Shown one piece after another: positions 38,451 to 50,789 of a stretch of DNA of 53,891 bases. Below the pieces are notes generated by a model. The model saw nothing but the letters and a program-made list of their open reading frames with translations, was not told the origin of the DNA and made no database searches. Made by a program: the position numbers and the translations under genes. Position 1 is the stretch's first letter. Every line of letters starts with the position of its first letter. Location: NCBI GenBank assembly GCA_032718475.1, contig JAUCBJ010003312.1:1-53891 (forward strand). Direction: 5' to 3'. Origin of the DNA: Nemertoderma westbladi. Its lineage: Eukaryota; Animalia; Xenacoelomorpha.

Positions 38451-39776
38451 TTATGTGATTATTCGCAACATTCATATCCCTAAGTTTATTCCTACAGTAA
38501 TTGTGCTTGTTACACATACCGTTATAGTTAAATTAACCCCGGTACTACACGGGCTGCTTGGCGTAGGTAAAGACTGGTGATTTTGTGCACCGGTCACTCC
38601 AGCAGATGCCGTGGTTCTTTTAGCTGTTCAAGTATTTTTAACTACTGATTATTTGTTGTACCAGTACTTGTACCTAATTTAGGGTTTAGTGTACAGTGCT
38701 TTCCGAAGGTAATTAGTGTGTAGGCAGTATATTTGTGTTGTAAAGTGGTTAATAGGCACGTTGGTTCTGGTAGACCGCGGTAATTAACTTCTAGGTAGGG
38801 GCACTCCGTGATACATAACGTAGTACCTATAGCGATACGGCTATAGGTCGTCAGGCGGTGGTATTTTCCTATCTGGACAACGCAGTGTATTTACTACTAC
38901 TTATTATTTTCAAATACCGTAGTATCCTGTCCGTTTTTAATAACCAGATTTCTAACCCTTTGTTAGGCTGGTTTGTAGACTTCTTGTAAAATTACCCTAA
39001 AAATTCGTATTTGTGTTTTTTGTAATTTTTTGTGTTTATTTAGAGATTGTAATCTCACCCCGAATTGTATGTAATTGTAGTATTAAGTAACTTAGGTAAA
39101 TTAGAATTATTTGTTTTAGTGTCCAACAAGTAGCACTTCACTGAGAGCGCACAGCTTCTGTGTAGTGACTCTTTCCCAGAAATAATAACACTTATTTCAA
39201 ATATTGACAAAACCCATTAAACGGGTATATATATTATAAATCAACTCTAACGATTTATAAATAGTAGGCCTGCCATACAACAATTAGGTCTCAATATCAG
39301 TTGGACTACTGCACAAATAACGGTAATAAAGTAAGTTAAAGTAACCAAGTAACCCTAAAATTCAGAAATTCAATTATTTAAAATAATTGATATACCGGTA
39401 TTTATGATAGGCCTATTATCTTTATTTCTATATATTTAGGCTGAAATTATACCGGTATTCTGTAATTAATTCCAGTCCAGAATTATACTTATATATAATA
39501 TAAGTGTAGGCTGTATACCGGTATTCACGATAGGCCTATTATATATTTATATATATTTGTGCTAAAATTACATACCGGTATTCTGTGATAAATCTAGTCT
39601 GAAATAGTACTTATATATACTATAAGCATACCGGTATTCTAATATATTTTATATATATACCACGTTACACTGAGTAGCAGTATCGGTAATTAATTATTAG
39701 GCTAACAGTGATACTGAATTACTAGACTTACTTTAACTGTATTTATAGCCGTAGGCATTCAACTGTGTAAACAAAC

Positions 39777-41171
39777 ATGTCAGACGCAACCCAATCACTG
39801 TCAGATAGTCTCTTAGAAAGTGTTAGAATGAGTATTAGACTTAGACAGCGTATTAAAAGGATCTGTGACCAAGATCAAAGTATAGAACATCCTAGATCCA
39901 AGTCTAAGTCACCTACTATTGTAAGAAAGGCCATCCCTACAGTAGTAGTGTCAGACCCTAGGCTAGTAGAACAGCGTAGGTCTATCATCGGCACTCGGGC
40001 CCAAGTCAAGCGGGATCAAGAAGCAGCTATCAAACAGCAGCAACCTCCTAGCCAAGAACCTAGTTCTCAGCGGCCCGATAGCTCCAGTAGTTCGGATACT
40101 GTTGAGCGGACGCCCGAATGCGGAGCGAAGATGGCGGATACGGTTTATGATGAGCGGCCAACCTTTGAAGAATCAACCAACGCCACTTCTTCTCAAGAAG
40201 AAAGCGAAGTGACAGCGGGGGAGCCGCGAAAGAGAGACACTATTGATATTTATCTGTCAGACTATCAGCGATTCCTAGGAGACGAAGAGTTGAGGAGACG
40301 ACTGTCTGGACTTCGCCCTAATAGTGAAGGAACCAAGCTTGTGTTGGACGCAATCGATGCGGAAATGTTAGCTGCGAACCAAGCTAAATTTGATGAAAAA
40401 CTCCGCCTCGCTAGAGTCCAGGAAGAACAAATAAAGAAAAAACAGATAGAGGACCGAAAGGCAGCAGCAGTAGCAGCGGCAATGGCAGAAGCAGAAGTGG
40501 AAAGAAAGGCGGCAGCGGCAATGGCAATGGCGGCAAAGGCAGTGGCAGAAGCAGAACGGAGAGCGTCTGAGGAGACTACCCAACTGGAGTTGGAAAATCT
40601 GCAAGAGACGCAAGACAACATAAATAAACAGTTAGCTGCTAGTCAAATGCAGATGATGAGTCGATCTACTCCCAAACGCCAAGAATACACATCATCGGAA
40701 GAAGGCGAGACCACCGATCCTGAAGGCGGAGGAAATAGATCTCGTCTAAGCAGGCGTAGAAAAACATCTCACCGTCACAAATTGCCTGATTTGCCCCCAG
40801 CTGTTAGAAGACAACTAGCTAGCACAGATTTAAGTAGTACAGAACCCACAGACCAAATTATTAAGGTCAAAAGACTCCCTACGATAGTCGATGAGCTTGA
40901 AATAATTAGGCCTGTCGTTCCCAAAGCCACTCCTGTGCTAGAGACCCCTGTACTTCCAGAGCTTAACTCTAAATTCCCTTTACACAGTACTACACTGCCT
41001 GTACCCGGTAGAACAGTCCATGAGAATATCCCTATCCTGGACGCTGAGAGAGAAATCAAAGATTTGTCTCCCGTCATCCCGCGTCTGCCCGCTACAATGT
41101 TGGCGACTCCCGCTTCGGCGGTCGAGTGGGTAGAGGAGGGACGGCGGGGGATGAATCTAAATAAAAGATAA
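39777..41171 (+). CDS. 464-aa ORF of the LTR element (probable Gag N-terminus; coiled-coil/low-complexity), truncated by deletion
   Basis: Long ATG-initiated ORF between the LTRs, with an Ala/Glu/Lys-rich coiled coil; its stop falls in the deletion junction; no domain I recognise. Confidence 0.7.
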   Translation: MSDATQSLSDSLLESVRMSIRLRQRIKRICDQDQSIEHPRSKSKSPTIVRKAIPTVVVSDPRLVEQRRSIIGTRAQVKRDQEAAIKQQQPPSQEPSSQRPDSSSSSDTVERTPECGAKMADTVYDERPTFEESTNATSSQEESEVTAGEPRKRDTIDIYLSDYQRFLGDEELRRRLSGLRPNSEGTKLVLDAIDAEMLAANQAKFDEKLRLARVQEEQIKKKQIEDRKAAAVAAAMAEAEVERKAAAAMAMAAKAVAEAERRASEETTQLELENLQETQDNINKQLAASQMQMMSRSTPKRQEYTSSEEGETTDPEGGGNRSRLSRRRKTSHRHKLPDLPPAVRRQLASTDLSSTEPTDQIIKVKRLPTIVDELEIIRPVVPKATPVLETPVLPELNSKFPLHSTTLPVPGRTVHENIPILDAEREIKDLSPVIPRLPATMLATPASAVEWVEEGRRGMNLNKR

Positions 41172-42806
41172 AAGGGATAAAAGGCCGTGTCATTGCTGTA
41201 CCGGTGTTTTTAGGGGACATAAAAGCTATTTCTTCTGTATGTGTACTTTAGAGGACATAATTAGCAATTCTATGACACAACGCCCTAGATCCTCTTGAAA
41301 CAGTGTCGTTACTATGACGACAGCTAACGGCTGAGCTTTACACGTGTAGCTTGCCCTGAGCTTTGCCTTGGTTCTTTGTTCTGCTCAGCTCAAAATGACG
41401 ACATCTATTAGCTGTGTCCACGTGGAGCCTTTTGCCATTCGACCAATCAGAGATTACCTCTTTGTGTAAAAGCTGTACAGCAGAATTACAGGATTCAGTA
41501 CTGACGTTTCCCCCACGCCTAGAACACCGGCCGGGGAATGTTTTCTGACATTAGAGCGTCTTTAATTATAAGATCATCAAACGGTTATCACGGTTTTGCA
41601 CCTCGGCATCTGATTAAGCACCCTGACGTAAACTGCTTTTCGCCGCATTATTTACTGCTATTTACTGTGTTGTTAATTGTATCGTTCGTTTACATATTAT
41701 TATTGGGAAGAATATTGATAACGATCCGAAAACCCAATCTTCTTGATACACTAAGGTTAGAGAGACCGGTTACATATAACAATTTGCGACATACATTATC
41801 GTGGTTTGTAGTGAGTTCAATGCTACTTAATAGGCCCTACAAATGTCAGTTGTTATTCTCTTTATATATGATTAAAATCAGTGAATGTCGGCAATTCAGT
41901 GTGCAGTTGTGTGCAATAGTCTGTGTGTGCTTGACCGAGTAACAAAGCATTTCCTAAAGAATGCACTTTGGTGATCTATAAGACATACTGTTGTGTATAG
42001 TGTAAGTCATAGCTCTGTTTAAATAGATAGAGCGCCACATCCTAAAGGAACTGCTAATATTTCCCTAAAGTGAATAATATTCGTCAGAGATTATATATTA
42101 ATGATCAATCGAATAGTACGGTAGGCCTGCACCGCAATCAAATTAAAGCATCCAAATCCAGTCTCCCGGGTATATCCAGCGGGTGAATGGTCGCGCACAG
42201 ACTGGCTTTGGCTAATGTTAGAATTATTATAGGTGTTCAATACTTGTCATAGGCTGGAGTAGATTTATAACCTAGAAGACATATAGATTTGGCGGGTTAA
42301 ACTGCCAAAGGTCTTAAAAGCGCGAACAAATACCACCAAATCGTTTCAATTTCATATTTAAAATTGCCTTATCTACATGGATTTCACACAGCAACAACTT
42401 CAGTTATCTTCAGTACCGGTATATAAGAATATGGATTTCACGGAGAAAAACAGAGAACTTATGTTTACAAATGAATTACAAAATAAAAATCTTAAGCATA
42501 TTGCATTAAAAAAAAGTAGTAGTGTAGTGTAGTCAGATCGATGTGTAGTGTAGTCAGTCGATGCAAATATGTGATGGCAATAGCAATTAATGTGTAACAC
42601 GTCAGTGTAAATTTGATTCATTGAATTGATTGAAATTGATTAATTCCACCCCATTGAATCGCTTCTTATTTCGCAATAAATATAAAATTATTCTGGACAT
42701 CACTAATTTTCTAATTACTATTCCCTAGGCAGGCCTACTATTCCTTTTGATTGGCTTGTTTTATGAAAATTTAGGTAGAACATCTATAAATTAATATAAG
42801 ATCCAC

Positions 42807-43596
42807 TCCATTCCCATCAGTTCGTTGGGACTGAAACTCACTGACGACGCCCAGTTCCGAGTTTTGGATGCCACACACCTCGGTTGCAAGGTAACCGAAC
42901 CCCACAGGTGCTCTCAGTGCGGAACCACCAACATAAGATCAGACGCCCTCCACAGTCTGTCATGTCGGAGAAGCAACGGGAGGATGGCACATCACTCTAT
43001 GTTGAACGACATAGTGAGGCAAGCCATGGCAACCTGTGGGGTTCCATCCTTACTGGAGCCACTGGGGTTGTGCAGAAATGATGGGAAGCGCGCCGACTCA
43101 TCACCGCATCCGCATGCTGACTTGGGATGTGACTGTCGTTGACCCGTCTTCTTGCCGCGAGTGCAGTGGCCGTCCACCATGTTGTCAAGGAAGTGGAGAA
43201 CACGAAGATTGCGAAGTACGAGGAACTAGTCGACCAAGGCTACCTATTCCACCTGGTAGCCTTCGAGACTCTCGGTCAACCCAGCCCTGAGACGGCTGCA
43301 TTCCTAAAGGAGGTGGGCAACCACCTCAAAGCAGTCACTCAGGAGCCAAGATCCCATCGGTTCCTCCTCCAACGCATCCTCATAGCCAACCTGATTGGCA
43401 ACACGGCCTCCATCCTCGGGACCACGACCCTGCACTATCAGATGGTCTCTACGATCTCCTCTCTGCTCCCCCAGCCCCCGCACCCATCATGGACCAGATT
43501 GCTTACTTTTAATTTTGTATACTTATAATTTTAGGTATTATTAGTTGGAAGGCTTTGTGTTTGTTTGTGCTATTTCTGTTTATATACAATACATAT
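42807..43596 (+). mobile_element. 5'-truncated CRE-like non-LTR retrotransposon (Zn knuckle plus restriction-like endonuclease)
   Basis: CSQCG...HSLSC, HSMLND, LEPLGL.RNDGKRAD, WDVTVVD, KIAKY, AFETLG, LLQRI..A...GN; 10-bp TSD TAAGATCCAC at 42797-42806 and 43597-43606; frameshifted. Confidence 0.88.
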
Positions 43597-43754
43597 TAAG
43601 ATCCACAAAAAATATTTTTATAAAAAATTTTGGGAATTAACAAGAAACAAAAAAAAATGTGGTTTTGGTTGATTGCTAATTACTTTTGTATGTTATGCTT
43701 GATTGATTCGACTATTAAATGTCTGCATTAATAATATACAATTCATCCTTCCAG

Positions 43755-43968
43755 ATACAACATACTTTATGGCAACATTTCTTCATGTGATGATGACATT
43801 GAGAGTGCTGCTAAGGCAGCAGATATACATTCTAGAATCGAAACATTTCCACAAGGTTATGAAACGATTGTTGGAGAGCGAGGACTCAAATTATCTGGGG
43901 GTGAGAAGCAACGCGTAGCTATAGCGAGAACTTTACTCAAATCCCCACAGATTATCCTTCTTGACGAG
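43755..43968 (+). CDS. ABCB6: ABCB6-like exon 8 (ABC signature, Walker B)
   Basis: [37 protein letters not shown]; CCAG/GTGAG boundaries; phases 2/0. Confidence 0.97.
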
Positions 43969-46218
43969 GTGAGATTATGTAATCCACACTGGGAATCAGA
44001 TAACAATATTTTACTGTAAACTGCTCCAAAGTTTAGATTTTCACTTACAACCTTCCCTTCGGTGGTTGTGGTAGGATTTTGCTAGTACTTTTCCAAGCAA
44101 AAACTATATCGGGATCTATCGAGTGAGTATCTATGAGTACGTATATAATGGGTCGAGGTCGTGTGCGTCTTGTTAAAAAATACTATTAAGTAAATATTCC
44201 AACTTTTATTGGTTGCTTTCCTGGTAGTAGTGCAGTGATTTGTATATACAAAGAAACTCTTCTGACAAATGAATAAACCAATTGACCAGTAAAAGCATTC
44301 AAAAAACCTATGTATCTAAATATTAGGGATCCGGGAAAGGGGGACTTTATTATCCGACAGGATAAAAGGTGCCCCTTTACTGATTTTATGAAAGATAATA
44401 ATAAAGAAATACAGACCATAAGTAAAACGAAAATTATAGACACGCAAAACCTCTGTAAAACAGTAAAATATTGATGCAGAACTCACTCTTGGAAAATGTT
44501 GGCACTGTGAACACTGCTGTTTCGTTCTTGTCTGGACAGGGGTGGTACCGTGCAGACAAGCATTACAGCTCTCAGGAATACTGGTACAGGTACTCCAATC
44601 GTGATCTCTACACAATTGGCTTTGCTGAAAACTAACTCAAACTCTGCCGAACTCCAACTTTTGGGCATTAATCTCGTTCAGGATGTAATCGAGAAAAATG
44701 ACAAGCACTAATCTCTTACTCAGGCAAAATGATTAAATGACAAAGATCACACAATGCGGTTCCTTTTATACTAAAATTTCTGCTCAGTCTTGGGAGTACG
44801 CGAAAGTTGACCCCAAACTGTAAGTCAAACATAATTAATACCGGGATTGGTTGAAACCAAAAACAATATCTCACGTAAATGGCTGAATCCAATGTTGTGT
44901 CAACAACACATGTTGTTATCACCTGTATCAAAGGGTGGTAATTTCAGAGTTCCCGTTAAACCCATGTTAACTGTGTAGGTGGACTTGATACAAACACAAT
45001 GGCCACTATTACAATGAGATTCACTTTCAAACCACCAACTTTCATACACTATTAACCAGCTCCCACTCTCCATAGCCCGTCCACTGTCCTTATTCGATAG
45101 CAGTTGATTAATTAAACTGCATTTGTGTACCAGCAAGGTATCTTGCAGCTTATTGGCTAGCTATCAATTAACACTGGCTCGGAGAATGGAGGCTGCTGAT
45201 TCCCATTACCCAATAATATAGTGACTGAATAATATCTACATTGAAACCCGTGGTGAAAGAATCGAAGCGCATTGGATTTTTTTAATTACGAAGCTTCAAA
45301 CTCCAATACAGATAACTAACACTGTTTCAAAAATAAATGAACTACTGGCAATGTCGATTACTGTAAATGAAATAGAACATGATTACGGAACAATTACAAT
45401 TACTAACGCAACCCTCCAGAACCACAATAATCTCAATGTCGTCATCAGGTTCTTACGGTAGCCACAGAGTGTGCCTGGTGTATTCATTCAAATACAGGAA
45501 TTACACGTATAAAGGGAATTCGCGCAGTGCAAAATCTAGAATTACGTAGCAGTACAAATAGTGGATGTGGTTGACAGGAACAATATAAGTCTCTTTTGTG
45601 TCTAAATTTTAACTTTTTCATAGACTACATGTGTAACAAGTTTGGTTCCATTTCATTAATGATTGTCCGACTTAATAGCCTTCAGACATTTCAATCGACG
45701 ACGACAAACGGTCGACTAATTGCACCGTTATAAAGGCATAATTGAAAAGGCTCACCTAGATTTATTGGCTCGCCACACATAATAAATCTATGAATGGCTC
45801 CCGCTGTTTATTTAAATTTTAAAACCGCCGAATAGGTACTAATTGTTATTATCCTCGCGAGTTACAGAACGTGTTGGGTTACACTAGTAGAGACACGAAG
45901 GGCAATTTATAATATCATGTAGCCCTAACCCTAAAGTTATGATGCTCTAATATAAGAAATTTTGTATAATTTCGGACTTTCTTACTATTAGGCCTTCTGG
46001 CCAATGGCAACCCATTGTCCTAAAATGGCTCTCCAATTATTGTAGAACAACATCGGTAGTCAATGTTATGAATAGTTGTAAAAATAACACATTTTATTAT
46101 TTAAATTACATTCAAGGGCTTTAGAGACCATTTGTTTAGCACCCCACTTACCTGCATATGATACTAACTAATAACCTACAAACAAATGAAAGTTGCGATT
46201 TATCTTTTACCATTTCAG

Positions 46219-46378
46219 GCAACGTCTTCATTAGACACTAAAACAGAACAAAATATTCAGGATAGTCTCAAGAAGATTTGTACGAACCGAACCAGTCTAA
46301 TCGTAGCTCATAGACTCTCTACTATTGTTTCAGCCGACAACATATTAGTTTTACAAGATGGAGAGATTGTTGAACGTG
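46219..46378 (+). CDS. ABCB6: ABCB6-like exon 9 (D-loop, H-switch)
   Basis: ATSSLDTKTEQNIQ...IVAHRLSTIVSADNILVLQDGEIVER; donor GTTCGT at 46379; phases 0/1. Confidence 0.95.
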
Positions 46379-46628
46379 GTTCGTATTTTCTTACGTAAAG
46401 ATTTCTTTTGTATTAATCATGAAAATATTAATTTTATAAGAGTATAATATACAGTATGTAAGCATGCATTTGTATTTTTACTCTCAAACTCCAACCCAAT
46501 TCTATTAGTTTTCTTTCTTCGCAACCGAGAAGAGGACACTGTAAAAGCCTCGGTAACGTATTACTCATCAGTTAGTTATAATGATATTATATGACTTAAA
46601 TAATACAGACGCATATTATTTATTTTAG

Positions 46629-46753
46629 GTTGTCATGACGATTTAATCGCACTGGGTGGAGCTTATTATGAAATGTGGGAGAGGCAACAAGACTCAAGTA
46701 GGAGCCAATCATCTGCTACTTCCGGAAGCGACAATGATAATAGCGAACAATGA
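46629..46753 (+). CDS. ABCB6: ABCB6-like terminal exon 10
   Basis: TTTTAG acceptor; (G)CHDDLIALGGAYYEMWERQQ...EQ*; total spliced CDS 1854 nt = 617 aa plus stop. Confidence 0.92.
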
Positions 46754-48109
46754 TGAATATCGTCATGGTTCAACCAATCATTCTGCATATAGAAGCAGAA
46801 ACTCCGCCTTCGGTTTGGTTCGGGCCGAAGTTAGGAGACGTTAAACACAACATGTTCCTCATTGTGCCCAAATTTCCTAGGAGACGTTAAACACAGCACA
46901 TTCCTCATTGTGACCATGTTTCCATTTTCAAATTAAATATTCCTGTAGGCCTAGGAGGTTTAACACTACTGCAGTACAGCAATACTGGTACCAAACTACC
47001 TAGATATTTAGCGAGATAATGTAATGGAACGATGCCTTTTGTGGCTTGTGGCAATATTTTATATTAGCCGTGGCTCAAGACCCTTACTCGTCATTAATAT
47101 TTATACCTAGATATTAGCTCTGCAAGTCCAAGGTAAATGTACACAGGTGTACGGGAAGGGGGAGGGGGGGGGGGGAATCGCAAACTCAAGGGGCGAAATT
47201 TGCAAAATATTATATGTGTAAAAATCTGCGAGAATTATATGCTATAATAGAAGACATACTCCAACAGGAGGCGTTAGAATATCCTAATTTCAAGCAGTCT
47301 CTGATTGGACGGAGACGTTAGAACATCCTAATATCAAGCAGTCTCTGATTCTCTGATTGGACGATTAAAATATTTTAATATTCTACCAATAAGAAACCGC
47401 ATGAATTATGAGGTTCTAATGACAATAATAAAGGCATTAGACCTGCAGCTTGTAAGTACTGCAACAACTAACTGCACTCACTATGATGATATCAGTATCA
47501 GATCAGAAAAAAAATAGTCGCACAGAATAACAGTCTAATACTACTGTATAGTGTATCATTTTTTAGACCGGTTAGGAATAGCGAATAGGGTATTGGTATT
47601 ATTGTATTTATTATTGTTATACTGTAGTTACGCCCCCAATCATAGCAAACATTAAAATCATAGTTAAATATAAAATAAATGTGATGTAATAAAAATACTA
47701 TTTATTTATACATGGGTTGTGGGGGGGGGGGGGGGTGTTCCAGCAGAGTTTGAGGTGCACCGGGTTAATATTTGCCGATTTGTAATCCCAACTAACATAG
47801 TTTTAATGCGTTCGTTCTTTATTTTATCGAGGTTATTAATTAGTGTTTTAGTATGTTATACATATATGTTTAGATATATATTTAGATATATTTAGATATA
47901 TGTTTATTTATATATATGTTTTTAGTATGTTAGTATGTTTTAGTAGTTATGGAGGATGCCCCATTTCGTTAAGCATTCCAACTCGGCTGGTGACCTTATA
48001 CCACAGTCCAGTTGCCCAGATTTAACTTTCGTAGCCATGGACGATTTATGACTCAATGAGATGATAATTGATGTTAACTGACTAACAGGGGGTTGGTATA
48101 TTAACTTAA

Positions 48110-48639
48110 AGGAAGAACGGGAGTCTTACACCCCCAATAAAAAATATAGAATCAGGACATTTAGCCCAAAATATACTTCTCGACCCCTAGGGCCATCGAA
48201 GAACAACAAACACAGAAACACAAACTAATATAAATACATGCTAAACATACAGGTATGTGTCGCTACCCTAACCCTAAGCCTACCCGCCATACACTAAATG
48301 ATACCGTTAATAAACTGCACAATAGCTAAGCCTATATTCTATAAGAATATATATGACAATTTTGTCGCCGTGAAAGGGCGACAATTTTCAATATTTTCAA
48401 TATTTTCAATTGTCAACACAATGTGAAAGGACTGAGGCAAAAATAATTAATTTGTGAAAATATGGTTGCGTTTCGGTGTCTTGGACCAGTACGCGCTAAT
48501 CCTCGAAACCTCGTCAGCTGGACAGGGAACAGTGTTTGTTGTTCTTCGATGACCCTAGGGGTCGAGAAGTATATTTTGGGCTAAATTTCCTGATTCTATA
48601 TTTTTTATTGGGGGTGTAAGACTCCTTCCTGTTCTTCCT
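48110..48639. mobile_element. Kolobok-like MITE
   Basis: ~105-bp near-perfect TIRs beginning AGG and ending CCT, flanked by TTAA on both sides (48106-48109, 48640-48643). Confidence 0.85.
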
Positions 48640-50789
48640 TTAAGTTATGACTCAATGGCAGCTATGTCAACTCAAAGGACACATGATTTGGAATCGTCCT
48701 TTCGAACACAACATCGAAAGTGAGGATGAGATGGTTGTGCTGAGATTGTATGGGCATGGGAAGCTTGCGCCGATCTGCATTGCGAGACCATGCATCATCA
48801 TTACCCGTGACGAACATACGATGGAGTTTAAGCATTCCATCCCTACATATTCCCATACATCGCTCAGCGAGCTCGCATACCGAGTTATGAGTTAATAAAA
48901 ATAGTGGGTCACTGCATATCGACATGTTTCCTATGGCGATGTTTGAGAAACTTGAATCCCCTTAATACTGACACCTACGATATTATCGGAGCTATTTGGT
49001 CAAGACCCAGATTATGGTGAATAATTCATCAGTCTACACCCTGAGTTACAAGAAGTCAAGTCTCGCCCTTACGAGTATCGAGCAAGGGAGAAGGCAGCTG
49101 AGAACCTAATACAACCTCGGCAATTGTTTTGACCCGCGGTCCACCCATTGCTTCTACCCAAATGGCAAGATAAGGACTGGTGGAAGCTGCCATTCTCAAA
49201 CACACATTAAATACCACCCGGGTTGAAGCCATAGGTATATCTTAAAAATATCGCTGCGGAGTCCCATTAGAAAAAGAGGAATGAACATATAGTTGACCCT
49301 TCTAGTCTACTAGGTACTTCTACTGGTGGGTACATAGATCAAAACCCAGTGCCTTCCGATGCAATCATGATGAATCACCTGAGGATGGTAGCCCTCCCAC
49401 CAAGGTGATTCGTAAAGAAGAAGAGAAAACTGTTAAAAAGTTCTGTAAACGAAAAGCTAAGAAGAAGTGATTCGAGTAGTGGACTAATTAGAAACTTTTA
49501 TTGTAAATATTAAACTCAAGTCCTACTTTCGCGAGTGGTTAAAAAAAGCTTATGCAACCTTCAATGGGCATTTGAATTGCCGCCAAGCTCTGTCCCCTAC
49601 TCCAGCCATTGGAAAGCTCATAAACCAGTGGAGTGTACTTTTCACTTTCTATATTCTGGTTTTCTTTGTTCATTGTGAATTCTGAAAAATGGCGGCTGAT
49701 GATTGGTTGTTGACTGGCAACAAGTACAGAGGCCTAGGATTGCCACAGTTGCACCAGCCAGTATCAGTCAGTATGTGCATTGTAATGCCACAGAGCTCAT
49801 GTTTTGTATTTGCCAGTGACATCGGGCAGAACGCCAAGAATCATAACCAATTACGTGACTGGAGTACAGTTACATTTTTTTGAGTAACTGCTGACTGTTG
49901 ATTGACTAATATTTACCAGCCGAGCGGTGGTCGGCTTCTGCTGTAAAATAACCTATGTAATTATTTTTTATGTTGTATATATATATATATTCAAAGATAT
50001 GCGGACCCATTAATAGCAGAATTACCAAACTGATAGTTATTTGCATCAATATTGGTAAGTGTTTGTGGGTCAAGTAGCAGTTCTCGTTCAATCATATTGG
50101 TGTGGATGCGCTCTACTACTTTGTAGCCCCAACTCGGTAAGAACAGTTAGAATTGTTATTCATGAATAAAATTACCCAATGTCAGCAGTTTATGTCCAAC
50201 TGTGTATTTCCGTCATTAATTATTACATAATTATGTCCATAAAGGACATAATTATTATGATCTTTATAGACCTGATTGATATCTTGAGCACAACATCCCA
50301 AACGGAACTGTTAGTACATTCCCTGTAAGCCCGTATTATTGTCTGGAATACTACTGCGAGAATATATCGACTGATAACCCGAGACCAATATATTGTATAG
50401 GCAGTGATTTTTTATGTCCTTTTATTTGACTTTTTTGTCCTCCTTTTTTTACGAATTGTGCATAATGACTTTTGTTGTCCCTTTAATGACTTTTGTTGTC
50501 CTTTAATGACTTTTTATGTATGTATTTCTTCAAACTGTCAGACTGCTGATTTCTGGACTGTCAGACAGTTGATTTCAACATGCCTTTGCCAAAACATTCA
50601 AAATTTGCTGATTTCTGGTCTGTCGGACAGTTGGTTTCACTATGCCTGTGCCAAAACATTCCATGATTCCATGATTTATAGACTATGAGATAGATTTCCA
50701 TATGCGCCTGTGGTAAAATACTCTAAATTTAATAGTTTGTGGTTGTTGTCGATAATCGATTACCACATGACGTAGCAAAACACTCATTT

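Larger units (their letters stand above)
36296..42328 (+). mobile_element. Internally deleted LTR retrotransposon in intron 7 (superfamily unresolved, no pol left)
   Basis: TGT...ACA termini; 5-bp TSD AATAC at 36291-36295 and 42329-42333; 5' LTR 36296-37515 (1220 bp); 3' LTR 41177-42328 lacks the first 68 bp; about 8 differences between LTRs and no indels. Confidence 0.93.

Noticed and set aside
45920-48280. CCCTAACCCTAA telomere-like motifs at ~45923 and ~48266
   Set aside because: Only about two units each; common inside MITEs and not an interstitial telomere array.
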